Assembly: GCA_016938455.1 (NCBI GenBank)
Contig: JAFGUQ010000089.1
Coordinates: 445-64,444 of the forward strand
Length of the DNA: 64,000 nucleotides
DNA from: Clostridia bacterium
GTDB taxonomy: Bacteria > Bacillota > Clostridia > DUPQ01
Reading direction: 5' to 3'
The notes below the pieces were generated by a model. That model searched no databases and had not been told where the DNA came from. It worked only from the letters and a program-made list of their open reading frames with translations. Shown piece by piece: positions 29,104 to 40,309 of the stretch. The stretch's first letter is position 1; every line of letters begins with the position of its first letter. The translations under genes and the position numbers were made by a program.

Positions 29104-30579
29104 ATGAGAAAAATCTTGATAATGATAATATGCCTGGTCTTAATGGCCGGCTGCAAACAGTCTGGTGGTATTGAAGTCAATACTGAAGTGCCAATGGAAT
29201 CAGAACAATCAAAACCTTCTGCAAGCCAAGCAATAAACGTCCATCCTGTTGATCTTCTTAGAATCATCATTCCGACAAGAACTTCATTTTATAACAATAT
29301 GGAAACATGGCAGCTCTATTTCAAGGATAGATATGATATTAATATATCTCCTGAATTTGCCATAGGTGACTTCTCAGAATTCATATCACAAGATGGAGTA
29401 GTGTATTTGAACGACTTGAATTATCAACTATTTAATTTTCTAGGCAAATATGGTTTCAATGACATTTCATCTTTCTACTATGCCAATGGGTATGAAAATG
29501 ACATGGATGATAAACTGAATGAAATAATCAATATCAATATGAAAGAGGAAGACCGTGGGATTTATGGTATCACCAGTCTGCTGGATGAATCATTTGAATC
29601 AAGATTCTACAATAAGAAGTATCTTGATGAATTGGAACTGACAGTACCGGAAACGCTTGATGAATTCACTGCCTACTTATATGAAGTCAAACGCAGCCAC
29701 GAGAGCATCACTCCTTTCATTATCAATCATACTTACCTTTCAGTATCATCTGCTGATATTTTCAGAGCATATGGATGTTATGTCAACCTGCTATATGGAG
29801 GAACAATCGCATATAATCCGATAACCAAAGCTTTTGAGGATGCTGTATTTGACGACCGTTTCAATGAGGCACTGATGTACTTTGACTTATTGCAGAATGA
29901 TGGACTGTTAAAACTTTATTCACCTCAGGAAAATCAACCGACAGAAAGTGAAGATATTGCCACTGAGTATAAAGCGACATTCTATAAAAACAGATTAACA
30001 AAAGATGCTTTGCCTTTTTATGAGTATGAAGTCGGGAACTCTCTAATCGGGATCAACAGTAAGTATCTGATCGAGTATAAAAAGAACATCGGTGTTTATC
30101 TGTTCCCTAAAACCATCGAAAATCTGGAGGGGACACTGGTGCTTTTTGATTATGTCATGAATAACACTAGTATGTCAGCGGATCTAAGATATGGCATTGA
30201 AAATGTGGATTACACAATTGAAAATGATGAAGTCAAGAAAACTGATGTAATCAATAAATCACTTGATCTGACGATGACTTCTAAAATGAATCAAGGAGTA
30301 CTTACCAAAGAAATGAGCAGCGACTCATATTTTGAAAACAGCCTGCTTTACAGTGCAGAAACCTATAAACCATTACTGTCGTTAGAGGCCAGTTTCAAAA
30401 CCAGTAAATTTATATCTGTCAGCGGGCAGAGAGATTTTTTTGTTCCTCTTTTCAACACTGAGATATCCATTGATGAAAGGATAGAGGAATATAAGAAAGA
30501 TTTCATAATTAATGGAGAGTCATTGCTGCTTAAAGAACTGAATGAGAAGATAAATGCCACATCATCATATAAATACTGA
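29104..30579 (+). CDS. Lipoprotein of unknown function (491 aa), paralog of 19024-20529
   Basis: LMAGC lipobox. Collinear similarity to the 19024 lipoprotein. Confidence 0.6.
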   Translation: MRKILIMIICLVLMAGCKQSGGIEVNTEVPMESEQSKPSASQAINVHPVDLLRIIIPTRTSFYNNMETWQLYFKDRYDINISPEFAIGDFSEFISQDGVVYLNDLNYQLFNFLGKYGFNDISSFYYANGYENDMDDKLNEIININMKEEDRGIYGITSLLDESFESRFYNKKYLDELELTVPETLDEFTAYLYEVKRSHESITPFIINHTYLSVSSADIFRAYGCYVNLLYGGTIAYNPITKAFEDAVFDDRFNEALMYFDLLQNDGLLKLYSPQENQPTESEDIATEYKATFYKNRLTKDALPFYEYEVGNSLIGINSKYLIEYKKNIGVYLFPKTIENLEGTLVLFDYVMNNTSMSADLRYGIENVDYTIENDEVKKTDVINKSLDLTMTSKMNQGVLTKEMSSDSYFENSLLYSAETYKPLLSLEASFKTSKFISVSGQRDFFVPLFNTEISIDERIEEYKKDFIINGESLLLKELNEKINATSSYKY

Positions 30580-30586
30580 AATAAAA

Positions 30587-30613
30587 AAATCCCAGCTGGT
30601 AAGGCTGGGATTT
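30587..30613. terminator. Bidirectional terminator between the convergent lipoprotein gene and pckG
   Basis: AAATCCCAGC-loop-GCTGGGATTT perfect stem with a U-run on the minus-strand side. Confidence 0.7.
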
Positions 30614-30626
30614 CATGTTTGTTGTA

Positions 30627-32423
30627 TTATGCTTTATTCAGTCTGTCTACCAGAGCTTCAAGTTGCTTAGTCATTTCTTCTGGTAATTTATCACCATATG
30701 TTTTGTAGTGTTCAGCAATAGATACTGTTTCGTTCAACCACTCGTCTTTATTGACTTTCAACAGTTCATCAAGATCTTTTTCAGAGATATCAAGACCATT
30801 AAGATCGAGGTCTTCTTTTCTTGGCATATTTCCGATGGCTGTTTTAACAGCACCTACTTTTCCTGCCACTCTTTCAACAATCCATTTAAGAACACGGCTG
30901 TTTTCACCGAATCCTGGCCATAACCATTTTCCGTCTTCATCTTTTCTGAACCAGTTGACATAATAAATCTTAGGCAGTTTGTCAGCATCAGTCATCTGAC
31001 CGATATCCAGCCAGTGCTGCAGATAATCATTGACATTGTATCCGATGAAAGGAAGCATTGCGAACGGGTCTCTTCTTACCTGACCGATTTTGTTCGATAT
31101 CGCGGCTGCTGTGATTTCTGAACCCATGATGGAACCTAAGAAAACACCGTGATTCCAGTCAAAGCTTTCGTGAACCAGTGGAACAGTTGTCTTACGACGA
31201 CCACCGATTAAAATAGCTGAGATTGGAACTCCGTTTGGATCTTCCCATTCCTTGGCAATAACCGGGCATTGGCTGGCAGGAGCTGTAAAACGTGCGTTTG
31301 GATGTGCCGCTGGCTTTGGTGCGCCTGGTGCCCAATCTTGGCCTGTCCAGTCAATCAGGTGATCTGGAGCATCTTCTCCGATTCCTTCCCACCAGACATC
31401 TTTATCATCTTTTAATGCGACATTGGTGAAAATGGCATTTTTATTAGCTGAAAGCATAGCATTTGGGTTTGATTCCATTGATGTTCCAGGAGCTACTCCG
31501 AAGAAACCGGCTTCTGGATTAATGGCATAAAGTCTACCATCTTTACCGAACTTCATCCATGCAATATCATCACCGACGGTTTCCACTGTCCATCCTTTGA
31601 TAGTTGGGATTAACATGGCAAGATTTGTTTTTCCGCAGGCACTTGGGAAAGCACCGGCAACATATTTAACGATTCCTTCTGGACTTGTCAGTTTAAGGAT
31701 AAGCATGTGTTCTGCCATCCATCCTTCGTCACGTGCCTGTACAGATGCGATACGAAGTGCAAAACATTTCTTTCCAAGTAAAGCATTTCCGCCATAACCT
31801 GAACCATAAGACCAGATCATTCTGTCTTCCGGGAAATGACTGATATATTTCTGTTCTATTGGTGCACATGGCCATGGAACATCCTGCTGACCTTCTTCAA
31901 GCGGAGCACCGACTGAATGAAGACAAGGAACAAATTCTCCGTCTGGACCTAATGTGTCGAGAACTTTCTGGCCCATACGTGTCATGATTCTCATGTTGGT
32001 GACAACATAAGCACTGTCAGTGATTTCAACACCGATTTTAGAAATAGGAGAACCTATCGGACCCATTGAAAATGGAATAACATAAAGTGTTCTTCCTTTC
32101 ATGCAGCCTTTATATAACGAGGACATTGTTTTCTTTAATTCAACAGGATCAACCCAGTTATTGGTTGGACCTGCATCTTCTTCTTTGACAGAAGAAATGT
32201 ATGTACGGCCTTCAACACGTGCAACATCGGATGGATCGCTTCTGAAAAGATAACAACCTGGCAGTTTTTCTTCATTAAGTTTTTCTGCGGCACCGCTTGC
32301 CACCATTTCCTGCATCAGACGGTCATACTCTTCCTGTGAACCATCACACCAGTGAATCTGGTCAGGCTGACACATGTCGGCTACTTCGTCTACCCATTTC
32401 TGTAATTTTTTGTTCGAATTCAT
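30627..32423 (-). CDS. pckG: Phosphoenolpyruvate carboxykinase (GTP)
   Basis: GTP-PEPCK kinase-1a motif [10 protein letters not shown]. Start moved to MNSNKK behind an AAGGAG SD. Confidence 0.9.
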   Translation of the reverse strand: MNSNKKLQKWVDEVADMCQPDQIHWCDGSQEEYDRLMQEMVASGAAEKLNEEKLPGCYLFRSDPSDVARVEGRTYISSVKEEDAGPTNNWVDPVELKKTMSSLYKGCMKGRTLYVIPFSMGPIGSPISKIGVEITDSAYVVTNMRIMTRMGQKVLDTLGPDGEFVPCLHSVGAPLEEGQQDVPWPCAPIEQKYISHFPEDRMIWSYGSGYGGNALLGKKCFALRIASVQARDEGWMAEHMLILKLTSPEGIVKYVAGAFPSACGKTNLAMLIPTIKGWTVETVGDDIAWMKFGKDGRLYAINPEAGFFGVAPGTSMESNPNAMLSANKNAIFTNVALKDDKDVWWEGIGEDAPDHLIDWTGQDWAPGAPKPAAHPNARFTAPASQCPVIAKEWEDPNGVPISAILIGGRRKTTVPLVHESFDWNHGVFLGSIMGSEITAAAISNKIGQVRRDPFAMLPFIGYNVNDYLQHWLDIGQMTDADKLPKIYYVNWFRKDEDGKWLWPGFGENSRVLKWIVERVAGKVGAVKTAIGNMPRKEDLDLNGLDISEKDLDELLKVNKDEWLNETVSIAEHYKTYGDKLPEEMTKQLEALVDRLNKA

Positions 32424-32821
32424 TATTAACTCCTTTACTCCTTTTATATATTCGTTGTTAGACAACAAGTTGATTACTCAAAAAACGTATCACCACTACT
32501 CTAATATAAAGTGGCGAAAATTTCAACCATAAAATGCAATTTCTGGCTTTGCGACTTGCATTTCTCTTTGTTTCTTGGATTACTCATACAATTTACCTTC
32601 CATACTTTTTCGGTTCTCTGAAATATCTAAAAAGGTACTGTACTATTATACCCGTCATTTTATCTTTTATTCCATTTGTTTCTCTTTTTAATTTTTTTTA
32701 TTAACCATAAAAGAAATGGGGTATAATGGTAAATAGTCATAGGTAATAAATGTTTTACTTTTTAATACCTTATGGTATAATATTTTGGCTATGCGCAAAT
32801 AAATTGGAGGTTTTTTGCTAT

Positions 32822-34135
32822 ATGAATGCAAAATTAATTAAAAAAGAGGGTTATGTAGTTGAATTGGAGATGACATTTTCCAATGCAGAGTTTAAAGATG
32901 GAATTAAGAAAGCATATAATAAGACCAAGGGAAAATACTCTATTCAGGGTTTCAGAAAAGGAAAAGCACCCCAGGTGATGATTGAAAGAGTATATGGAGA
33001 AGGTGCTTTTTATGAAGAAGCCATCAACATTCTGTTCTCAGAACAATATGAAAATGCCATTAAACAGACTGACATAAATCCTGTTGATTATCCTTCCATT
33101 GATGTAAAGAATATCGGAAAAGATGAAGAACTTGTTGTGACTGCAAAAGTGGACGTTTATCCGGATATCACCCTTGGAGAATACAAAGGGGTTGAAATTG
33201 ATAAAGTGGATGTGAAAGTCACCCAGAAAGATGTTCAGGCAGAAATTGACAAAGAAGCTGAGAAGAATTCAAGAATCGTGACTATAGAAGACAGACCTGC
33301 TAAAAAAGGCGATATCACCATTATCGACTTTGAAGGATTCCTTGATGGAGTGGCTTTTGAAGGCGGCAAAGGAGTTAGCCATGAACTTACCTTAGGTTCA
33401 GGACAGTTTATTCCAGGATTTGAAGACCAGATCATCGGTAAGAATATCGGTGAAGAGTTTGATGTGAATGTCACTTTCCCTGAAAACTACCAGTCAGATG
33501 ACTTAAAAGGAAAAGAAGTCGTATTCAAAGTCACATTACATGAAATCAAAGTGAAGGAACTTCCTGAGATTGATGATGAATTTGTCAAAGACATCAGTGA
33601 ATTTGATACACTTGAAGAATACAAGAAAGACATCAAGAAGAAACTGACAGAACAGAATAAGCTTGATGCCAAAGACACCATGATTGATCAGGCAATTATG
33701 AAGGCAACTGAAAATGCTACTGTGGAGATTCCGAATGCATTGATTGAAAAAAGAATCGATGGATTGATGAACGAATTTGATATGAGACTGAAATATCAGG
33801 GTATGGATATTAAAAAGTATGCTGAATTGACAGGAATGACCATAGAGAACTTCAGAGAGCAGTATAAGGAAATTGCCAAGGGACAGGTGAAAACACAGCT
33901 GGTGATTGAAGCGATTGCCAAAGAACAGAACTTTGAAGTGACAGAAGAAGATTATGAAGCGAAGATTGTAAAAACCGCTGAAAACTATAAAATGGAAGTA
34001 GAAGAGTTTAAAAAGAATTTATCTGATGACTATAAAGCATATTTCAAAGAAACGATCGTGAATGAAAAAGCAGTTGATTTCTTGTTTGAAAATGCGAAGC
34101 AAGTAAAGAAAGCAGATAAAAAAGACGAAGAATAA
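32822..34135 (+). CDS. tig: Trigger factor
   Basis: Start at MNAKLIKKEG behind a GGAGG SD. A TGGTATAAT extended -10 sits at 32773-32781. The ribosome-binding GFRKGKAP signature is present. Confidence 0.92.
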   Translation: MNAKLIKKEGYVVELEMTFSNAEFKDGIKKAYNKTKGKYSIQGFRKGKAPQVMIERVYGEGAFYEEAINILFSEQYENAIKQTDINPVDYPSIDVKNIGKDEELVVTAKVDVYPDITLGEYKGVEIDKVDVKVTQKDVQAEIDKEAEKNSRIVTIEDRPAKKGDITIIDFEGFLDGVAFEGGKGVSHELTLGSGQFIPGFEDQIIGKNIGEEFDVNVTFPENYQSDDLKGKEVVFKVTLHEIKVKELPEIDDEFVKDISEFDTLEEYKKDIKKKLTEQNKLDAKDTMIDQAIMKATENATVEIPNALIEKRIDGLMNEFDMRLKYQGMDIKKYAELTGMTIENFREQYKEIAKGQVKTQLVIEAIAKEQNFEVTEEDYEAKIVKTAENYKMEVEEFKKNLSDDYKAYFKETIVNEKAVDFLFENAKQVKKADKKDEE

Positions 34136-34151
34136 CATTAGGAGGTAACTT

Positions 34152-34730
34152 ATGAGTTTAGTACCATATGTCATAGAACAGACAAGCAGAGGAGAACGTT
34201 CTTACGATATTTTCTCAAGACTGTTAAAAGACAGAATCATTATGCTCTCAGAAGAAGTCAATGATGTGACAGCCAGTTTAATCGTAGCTCAAATGCTGTT
34301 TTTAGAACATGAAGATCCTGAAAAGGACATCAAGTTCTATATCAACAGTCCAGGAGGCTCAATCACAGCTGGAATGGCAATCTATGATACAATGAATTAT
34401 GTGAAGTGTGATGTATCCACTATTTGTGTGGGACTGGCAGCAAGTATGGGTGCTTTCCTTCTTTCAGCCGGAGCTAAAGGTAAGAGACTGGCGTTACCAA
34501 ACAGTGAAATCATGATACACCAGCCTTTAGGCGGAACACAGGGACAGGCAACTGATATTAAAATAAGAACAGAGTGGTTATTGAAGATAAAAGACAAGCT
34601 GAATAAATACTTGGCTGAGCATACGGGACAATCATTTGAAAAAATAGAAAAAGATGTGGAAAGAGACTTTTTCATGAGTGCGCAGGAAGCGCTTACCTAT
34701 GGCCTTATTGACAAAGTCATGGAAAAATAA
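34152..34730 (+). CDS. clpP: ATP-dependent Clp protease proteolytic subunit
   Basis: Conserved ClpP sequence with Ser-His-Asp catalytic-triad motifs ([13 protein letters not shown]). Confidence 0.95.
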   Translation: MSLVPYVIEQTSRGERSYDIFSRLLKDRIIMLSEEVNDVTASLIVAQMLFLEHEDPEKDIKFYINSPGGSITAGMAIYDTMNYVKCDVSTICVGLAASMGAFLLSAGAKGKRLALPNSEIMIHQPLGGTQGQATDIKIRTEWLLKIKDKLNKYLAEHTGQSFEKIEKDVERDFFMSAQEALTYGLIDKVMEK

Positions 34731-34743
34731 GTAGAGGTGAAAG

Positions 34744-36012
34744 ATGTCCAATACAAAAGACGACAAAAATAATGTGAAATGTTCTTTTTGCGGCAAGACG
34801 CAGGATCAGGTAGGCAGACTCATTGCAGGGCCTTCCGTGTATATCTGTGACGAATGCATTGATCTCTGTTCAGAGATTCTTGATGAAGAATTTGTGGATT
34901 ATGATGACGAAAACAATGAAGAACAGATTTTCAAAAGTCTGACCCCGGTTGAAATAAAAGAAAAACTTGATGAGTATGTCATCGGACAGGATGATGCTAA
35001 AAAAGCCATGGCTGTTGCCGTATACAATCATTATAAAAGAATCAATCACGAAGAAGATGATGATGAAGTAGAGCTTGTAAAAAGTAATATCCTGATGTTA
35101 GGGCCTACCGGTACAGGAAAAACCTATACTGCTCAGACATTGGCTAAAATCCTGAATGTCCCTTTTGCGATTGCAGATGCGACATCGCTGACTGAAGCCG
35201 GGTATGTTGGTGAAGATGTTGAGAACATTTTGCTTCGTCTTATTCAGGCAGCTGATTTTGATATTGAAAAAGCAGAAAAAGGGATCATATATATTGACGA
35301 AATTGACAAGATTTCAAAAAGAAGCGACAACCCATCCATTACTAGAGACGTTTCAGGAGAAGGCGTGCAGCAGGCATTACTGAAAATTCTTGAAGGAACA
35401 GAAGCTAATGTACCTCCACAGGGTGGCCGCAAGCACCCAAGCCAGGAGTACATAAAAATTGACACAACCAATATTTTGTTCATTTGCGGCGGTGCATTTC
35501 AGGGAATGGAAGAAATCATTCAGAACAGAATCGGGAAAAGCGCCATCGGTTTTGGAAGTGAAAGTATTTCCAAAAAGAAAGGTGAACGAAGTGAGCTTTT
35601 AAAGCTGATTGAACCTGAGGATCTGTTGAAATTCGGTCTTATTCCTGAGTTCATCGGCAGAGTACCTGTGATAGTAGCTCTCGAGTCTTTGAATGAAGAA
35701 GCGCTGATACAGATACTGAAAAAACCTAAAAATGCATTAGTCAAACAATATAAGAAACTGTTTCATCTTGATAACTGTGAACTTGAATTTGATGATAAGG
35801 CACTGGTGGCTATTGCCAACAAGGCCATCAGCAAAAACACCGGTGCAAGAGGATTGAGAGGAATACTTGAAAAGACATTGATTGATATCATGTATGAACT
35901 TCCCTCAAATAAGGAAATAGAGAGAGTGATTGTTGATGAAAGTACGATTTTAAATGGGACTAAACCTAAAATCATTCTTAATAAAAACAAGAAACAGGAA
36001 AAGATTTCCTGA
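34744..36012 (+). CDS. clpX: ATP-dependent Clp protease ATP-binding subunit ClpX
   Basis: C4 zinc finger (CSFCGK...CDEC) and Walker A GPTGTGKT. Confidence 0.95.
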   Translation: MSNTKDDKNNVKCSFCGKTQDQVGRLIAGPSVYICDECIDLCSEILDEEFVDYDDENNEEQIFKSLTPVEIKEKLDEYVIGQDDAKKAMAVAVYNHYKRINHEEDDDEVELVKSNILMLGPTGTGKTYTAQTLAKILNVPFAIADATSLTEAGYVGEDVENILLRLIQAADFDIEKAEKGIIYIDEIDKISKRSDNPSITRDVSGEGVQQALLKILEGTEANVPPQGGRKHPSQEYIKIDTTNILFICGGAFQGMEEIIQNRIGKSAIGFGSESISKKKGERSELLKLIEPEDLLKFGLIPEFIGRVPVIVALESLNEEALIQILKKPKNALVKQYKKLFHLDNCELEFDDKALVAIANKAISKNTGARGLRGILEKTLIDIMYELPSNKEIERVIVDESTILNGTKPKIILNKNKKQEKIS

Positions 36013-36035
36013 TTACTAAAAAAATAAATTAACTA

Positions 36036-36059
36036 CCCCACTATCAAGTGGGGTTTTTA
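36036..36059 (+). terminator. Rho-independent terminator after clpX
   Basis: CCCCACT-ATCA-AGTGGGG stem followed by TTTTT. Confidence 0.7.
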
Positions 36060-36147
36060 TTGCCCGTCACAACTGTCGCGTGCATAATGGACATAACGTA
36101 CGTTATAAAGACTGAAAAAACATCTCTCTGTTTTAATCGCTGAATCA

Positions 36148-36175
36148 TTGACAATATCATCATCCTTAATATAAT
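36148..36175 (+). promoter_or_regulatory. Sigma-A promoter for uppP-tsaD (TTGACA, 16-nt spacer, TATAAT)
   Basis: Consensus hexamers about 45 nt upstream of the uppP start. Confidence 0.55.
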
Positions 36176-36218
36176 GTTATGTGATAAAATAAAGTAAATA
36201 AAAAGTAATGGAGCAAAT

Positions 36219-37004
36219 ATGAATATTTTACAGGCAATCTTTTTAGGGCTGGTTCAGGGACTGACAGAATTTCTTCCAGTCAGTTCATCAGGACATCTGG
36301 TGTTATTACAGCGGCTTTTCAGTATAGGTGATTCTACCTTGCTGTTTAATGTATCCGTTCACTTTGCAACATTGATTGCAGTCATCATTGCCTTTTGGGG
36401 AGAAGTACTTGCCATCATAAAAAAACCTTTCTGTAAAATGACAGGACTGATCCTTATTTCCATGGTTCCGGCTATGGTGGCAGGGATTGTTTTCAGGAAT
36501 TTCTTTGAAGGGCTTAATCAAAGCGGGATGTCGCTGGGAATCGGCTTTTTGATTACATCAGTTGTTCTCTTAATCACAGTTAAAATTAAAAACGGAGAAA
36601 GAGATCTGAGCGACTTGAAATGGTATGATGCACTGTTAATCGGATTTGCCCAGGCAGTCGCCATTGTTCCTGGTATTTCAAGATCAGGGATGACCATGGT
36701 GACTTCATTAAGCAGAAAAATAAAAAAGGAGCTGGCAGTCAAATTTGCATTCTTAATGTCTATTCCGGTCATTGCCGGAGGCTTTTTGATTGAACTGCTT
36801 GATGTGTTTGACCAGGGAATCGGGAGTATCGATTTTATTCCTGTGCTGCTGGGGATGTTATTTGCCGGTGTGAGTGGTTTTTTTGCCATTAAACTGTTTG
36901 TCAGATTTGTGATGAAAGGAAAACTTTATTACTTTTCCTATTATGTTTTTGCTTTATCGTTATTTGTGCTGATTGATCAGCTGTTTATCGGAAGGATTTT
37001 TTAA
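36219..37004 (+). CDS. uppP: Undecaprenyl-diphosphate phosphatase
   Basis: BacA/UppP N-terminus (EFLPVSSSGH). Confidence 0.9.
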   Translation: MNILQAIFLGLVQGLTEFLPVSSSGHLVLLQRLFSIGDSTLLFNVSVHFATLIAVIIAFWGEVLAIIKKPFCKMTGLILISMVPAMVAGIVFRNFFEGLNQSGMSLGIGFLITSVVLLITVKIKNGERDLSDLKWYDALLIGFAQAVAIVPGISRSGMTMVTSLSRKIKKELAVKFAFLMSIPVIAGGFLIELLDVFDQGIGSIDFIPVLLGMLFAGVSGFFAIKLFVRFVMKGKLYYFSYYVFALSLFVLIDQLFIGRIF

Positions 37005-38002
37005 TGTCAGTCAATATTTTAGCCATAGAAACCAGCTGCGATGAAACGGCTTGTGCCGTCATAAGGGACGGAAGAGAAATACTTTCGGATATTGTAGCAT
37101 CGCAGGCCGAGTTATTCAAACTTTATGGAGGAGTGGTTCCTGAAATCGCATCAAGAAAGCATGTGGAATTAATCATCCCTGTTATCAATGAAGCCATTAT
37201 GAAAGCAGGAGTTGATATCGATGCCATTGCAGTCACCAAAGGACCTGGCCTTGTCGGTGCTCTTCTGGTCGGGATCGCTGCTGCCAAGGGATTGGCATTT
37301 ACCATGAACAAACCTTTAATAGGTGTCAATCACCTTCATGGACACATAGCTGCCAATTTCATCAGCGACAGTGAACTGAAACCGCCATTTATCTGCCTTC
37401 TGGCCTCCGGAGGACATTCGCATGTTCTTCTGGTCAGAGATTACACTGATATTGTCACATTAGGAAAAACCAGAGATGATGCTGCCGGTGAGGCTTTCGA
37501 TAAAATTGCAAGAGCACTTGGACTGGGCTACCCCGGAGGACCAAAAGTGGATGCTATCGGAAAAAACGGAAATCCTGAAGCTATTACTTTTCCAAGAAGC
37601 CATTTCAGGGACAATCCTTATGATTTCAGTTTCAGCGGGCTAAAAACAGCTGTCCTGAATCATGTCAATATTGCAAAACAGAAAAATGAACAGGTTATTA
37701 TTGAAGATGTCTGCGCAAGTTTTGAAAAAGCGGTAGCTGATGTACTGGTTCAAAACACCATCAGAGGACTGAAAGAGTTCAACCTAAACAGAGTCGTCAT
37801 GGCAGGAGGGGTTGCTGCCAATTCTTTTTTACGAAATGAAATGCAAAAAGCCTGTGACCAGAATCATGTCAGACTAAGCTATCCTCCCATCAAGTATTGT
37901 ACTGATAATGCAGCCATGATTGGATCATATGCCTACTTTCAATTTCTCAAAAGTGATTTTGAATCACTTGACCTGAATGCACAACCTGAATTAAGACTAT
38001 AG
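37004..38002 (+). CDS. tsaD: tRNA N6-adenosine threonylcarbamoyltransferase
   Basis: Kae1/TsaD signature (ILAIETSCDETA...GVNHLHGH). Its start shares one nucleotide with the uppP stop. Confidence 0.93.
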   Translation: MSVNILAIETSCDETACAVIRDGREILSDIVASQAELFKLYGGVVPEIASRKHVELIIPVINEAIMKAGVDIDAIAVTKGPGLVGALLVGIAAAKGLAFTMNKPLIGVNHLHGHIAANFISDSELKPPFICLLASGGHSHVLLVRDYTDIVTLGKTRDDAAGEAFDKIARALGLGYPGGPKVDAIGKNGNPEAITFPRSHFRDNPYDFSFSGLKTAVLNHVNIAKQKNEQVIIEDVCASFEKAVADVLVQNTIRGLKEFNLNRVVMAGGVAANSFLRNEMQKACDQNHVRLSYPPIKYCTDNAAMIGSYAYFQFLKSDFESLDLNAQPELRL

Positions 38003-38014
38003 AATGGAGAAATA

Positions 38015-40309
38015 ATGTTAGAGAATTTAAACAGAGCAAGAAAAAAAACCTATGAAGGTGACAATGTTTTCTTTTTTCCTGAAAGCATTGTTGAACTGGT
38101 AAAAAGCGGCACTCATTTTGTATTGAAAACAAAAGCCAGAAAGTTCACATCCAAATATATGAGAAGTTTTGATCAGGTGTTTGAACGTTTTGTCAAGACT
38201 GATGAAATGATTGACTTCAATATTCATATTGATACTGTCTGTGAGAGCTCTTTTCGAATCAGATACGGGACATCATTGACTATAGAGGAAAAAGAAAACC
38301 CTATGCTGTCGGAAGACATCAAAGGATGTAAAAGTGATTCCATAAAAAAAGACGGAACTTATATCGTCAATAACCGGAATGGTAAAATGGTGATTCATGA
38401 TAATCCCTTCTTCATTGAAATATTCAATGAAGATGACAATCTTGTGCTGACTCTTCCAGGTTTTGACAACTGTCATCCCAATAATGGAGGCGCCGGAGGA
38501 TACAATTCATTTAAGGACTTCTTTCCATTCGGGATTAATGACTCTACTGTCACCTTCACTTCGCGATTGACCTTGAATGAAAAAATCTATGGACTTGGTG
38601 AGCGGTTCACCGGGTTTGACAGAAGAGGGCAGAATATACAGTTCTATCATCAGGACTGTGCAGGATGTGATTCTATCAGGACTTACAAGAATGTGCCTTT
38701 TTATGTAAGCACTAATAATTATGGGATATTCAACAATACTTCTTATCCACTTGATTATGACCTTGGAATGCAGAACAATGACTTTGCCAATATTTTTGTG
38801 GAAGAAGATATGATGGATATTTTCATCATTACCGGGAAGAACATACAGCAGGTCATCAAAGGATACTGTGATATCACAGGATATGCGGAAACACTGCCCA
38901 GATGGAGTTATGGGTTATGGATGAGCCGTAACTCCTATACCACTAAAGACATAGCTCTTGATGTTGCCAAAGATGTTAGGCAGAAAGATATCCCATGTGA
39001 TGTTATCCATATTGATACCTTCTGGTTTGAAAAAGACTGGGTATGTGACCTTAAGTTTGACAAGGAAAGATTTTCTGATCCTGAGAAAATGTTTGAACAA
39101 TTCAAGCAAATGGGTTTTCAGGTATCAATCTGGCAATTGCCTTTTGTTCATCCTTCCATAGAAAACTACCGTGAAGGAGTAGAAAAAGACTATTTTGTCA
39201 AGACAGCTGAAGGTGGGATTTACGGATTCAACTGGTTCGGTGCGGATTATGCATTAATTGATTTTTCAAATGAAGAGGCTGTCAACTGGTATCTTTCACA
39301 GATTGAGACTGTGCTGAGGATGGGAGCAAAAGCCGTCAAGACAGATATTGCAGAAAGCTATCCCATGGATGGAGTGTATAAAAACATCGAAGGAAAGGCC
39401 ATGCATAATCTTTTTCCTTTACTGTATAATAAAGCGATGTATGAAAAAACAAAAGAAGTGCATGGCGATGAATTGGTCTGGTCCCGGTCTACTTATGGAG
39501 CTGGACAGCGATACCCTGTGCCATGGTCAGGTGATGCCCGGTCTGATTTTAATAATCTGGCAGGCGCTTTGCGTGCAGGTTTATCCTTAGGAATGTCCGG
39601 GCAACCTTTCTGGAGCCATGACATCGGTGGTTTCATTGGCAGACCGACACCAGAACTTTATGTGAGGTGGGCTCAACTGGGGCTTTTCTCAAGTCATGCA
39701 AGATGTCATGGAGGCGGCAACACCAATCCGCGTGAACCATGGGCTTATGGAGAAGAGGCTAATGAGATATTCAAGAAATTTGATAAATTAAGATACCGAT
39801 TACTTCCCTATATCTTTTCTACAGAAGCAGAATGCGTATCTGCCGGAATGCCATTTATACGGCCGATGGTGCTGATGGATCAGCAGGACAGAAATACACA
39901 TGTCATCTATGACCAGTATTATTTCGGTCACTCTATTTTAGTAGCCCCTGTTCTTTCAGAAAAACATGAAAGAGAGGTATATCTTCCTGAGGGCATCTGG
40001 TATGACTTCTGGACAGGAAAAAGAATGAAAAATACCGGATGGATCAAGGTAAAAGCACCGCTTGATACCATGCCTATGTTTGTCAGGCAGGGAACCATCA
40101 TTCCCTTTGGACCTGACTTACAATATGTTGATCAGAAGCCTCTTGATGTGCTGCATTTGCATGTTTACGGCAAAGTAAACTGCCAGCTTAACTATGTTAA
40201 CGGCAAGGAAAAGACCCTGTTCAGGATAAAATTCGAACAGGGACATACAGTGCTGGATAAAGGCGGATATTCAGGGAAATTAATGTTAAAGGAAATGACC
40301 AATGATTGA
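38015..40309 (+). CDS. Glycoside hydrolase family 31 (alpha-xylosidase/alpha-glucosidase YicI-like)
   Basis: GH31 catalytic region with the HIDTFWF nucleophile-region motif and the GDARSD acid/base-region motif. 764 aa. Confidence 0.85.
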   Translation: MLENLNRARKKTYEGDNVFFFPESIVELVKSGTHFVLKTKARKFTSKYMRSFDQVFERFVKTDEMIDFNIHIDTVCESSFRIRYGTSLTIEEKENPMLSEDIKGCKSDSIKKDGTYIVNNRNGKMVIHDNPFFIEIFNEDDNLVLTLPGFDNCHPNNGGAGGYNSFKDFFPFGINDSTVTFTSRLTLNEKIYGLGERFTGFDRRGQNIQFYHQDCAGCDSIRTYKNVPFYVSTNNYGIFNNTSYPLDYDLGMQNNDFANIFVEEDMMDIFIITGKNIQQVIKGYCDITGYAETLPRWSYGLWMSRNSYTTKDIALDVAKDVRQKDIPCDVIHIDTFWFEKDWVCDLKFDKERFSDPEKMFEQFKQMGFQVSIWQLPFVHPSIENYREGVEKDYFVKTAEGGIYGFNWFGADYALIDFSNEEAVNWYLSQIETVLRMGAKAVKTDIAESYPMDGVYKNIEGKAMHNLFPLLYNKAMYEKTKEVHGDELVWSRSTYGAGQRYPVPWSGDARSDFNNLAGALRAGLSLGMSGQPFWSHDIGGFIGRPTPELYVRWAQLGLFSSHARCHGGGNTNPREPWAYGEEANEIFKKFDKLRYRLLPYIFSTEAECVSAGMPFIRPMVLMDQQDRNTHVIYDQYYFGHSILVAPVLSEKHEREVYLPEGIWYDFWTGKRMKNTGWIKVKAPLDTMPMFVRQGTIIPFGPDLQYVDQKPLDVLHLHVYGKVNCQLNYVNGKEKTLFRIKFEQGHTVLDKGGYSGKLMLKEMTND

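Noticed and set aside
32750-32821. ORF-track start at 32750 for trigger factor (MFYFLIPYG...)
   Set aside because: The conserved tig N-terminus begins at MNAKLIKKEG (32822), which has a GGAGG SD. The upstream extension contains the promoter's TGGTATAAT and is not coding.
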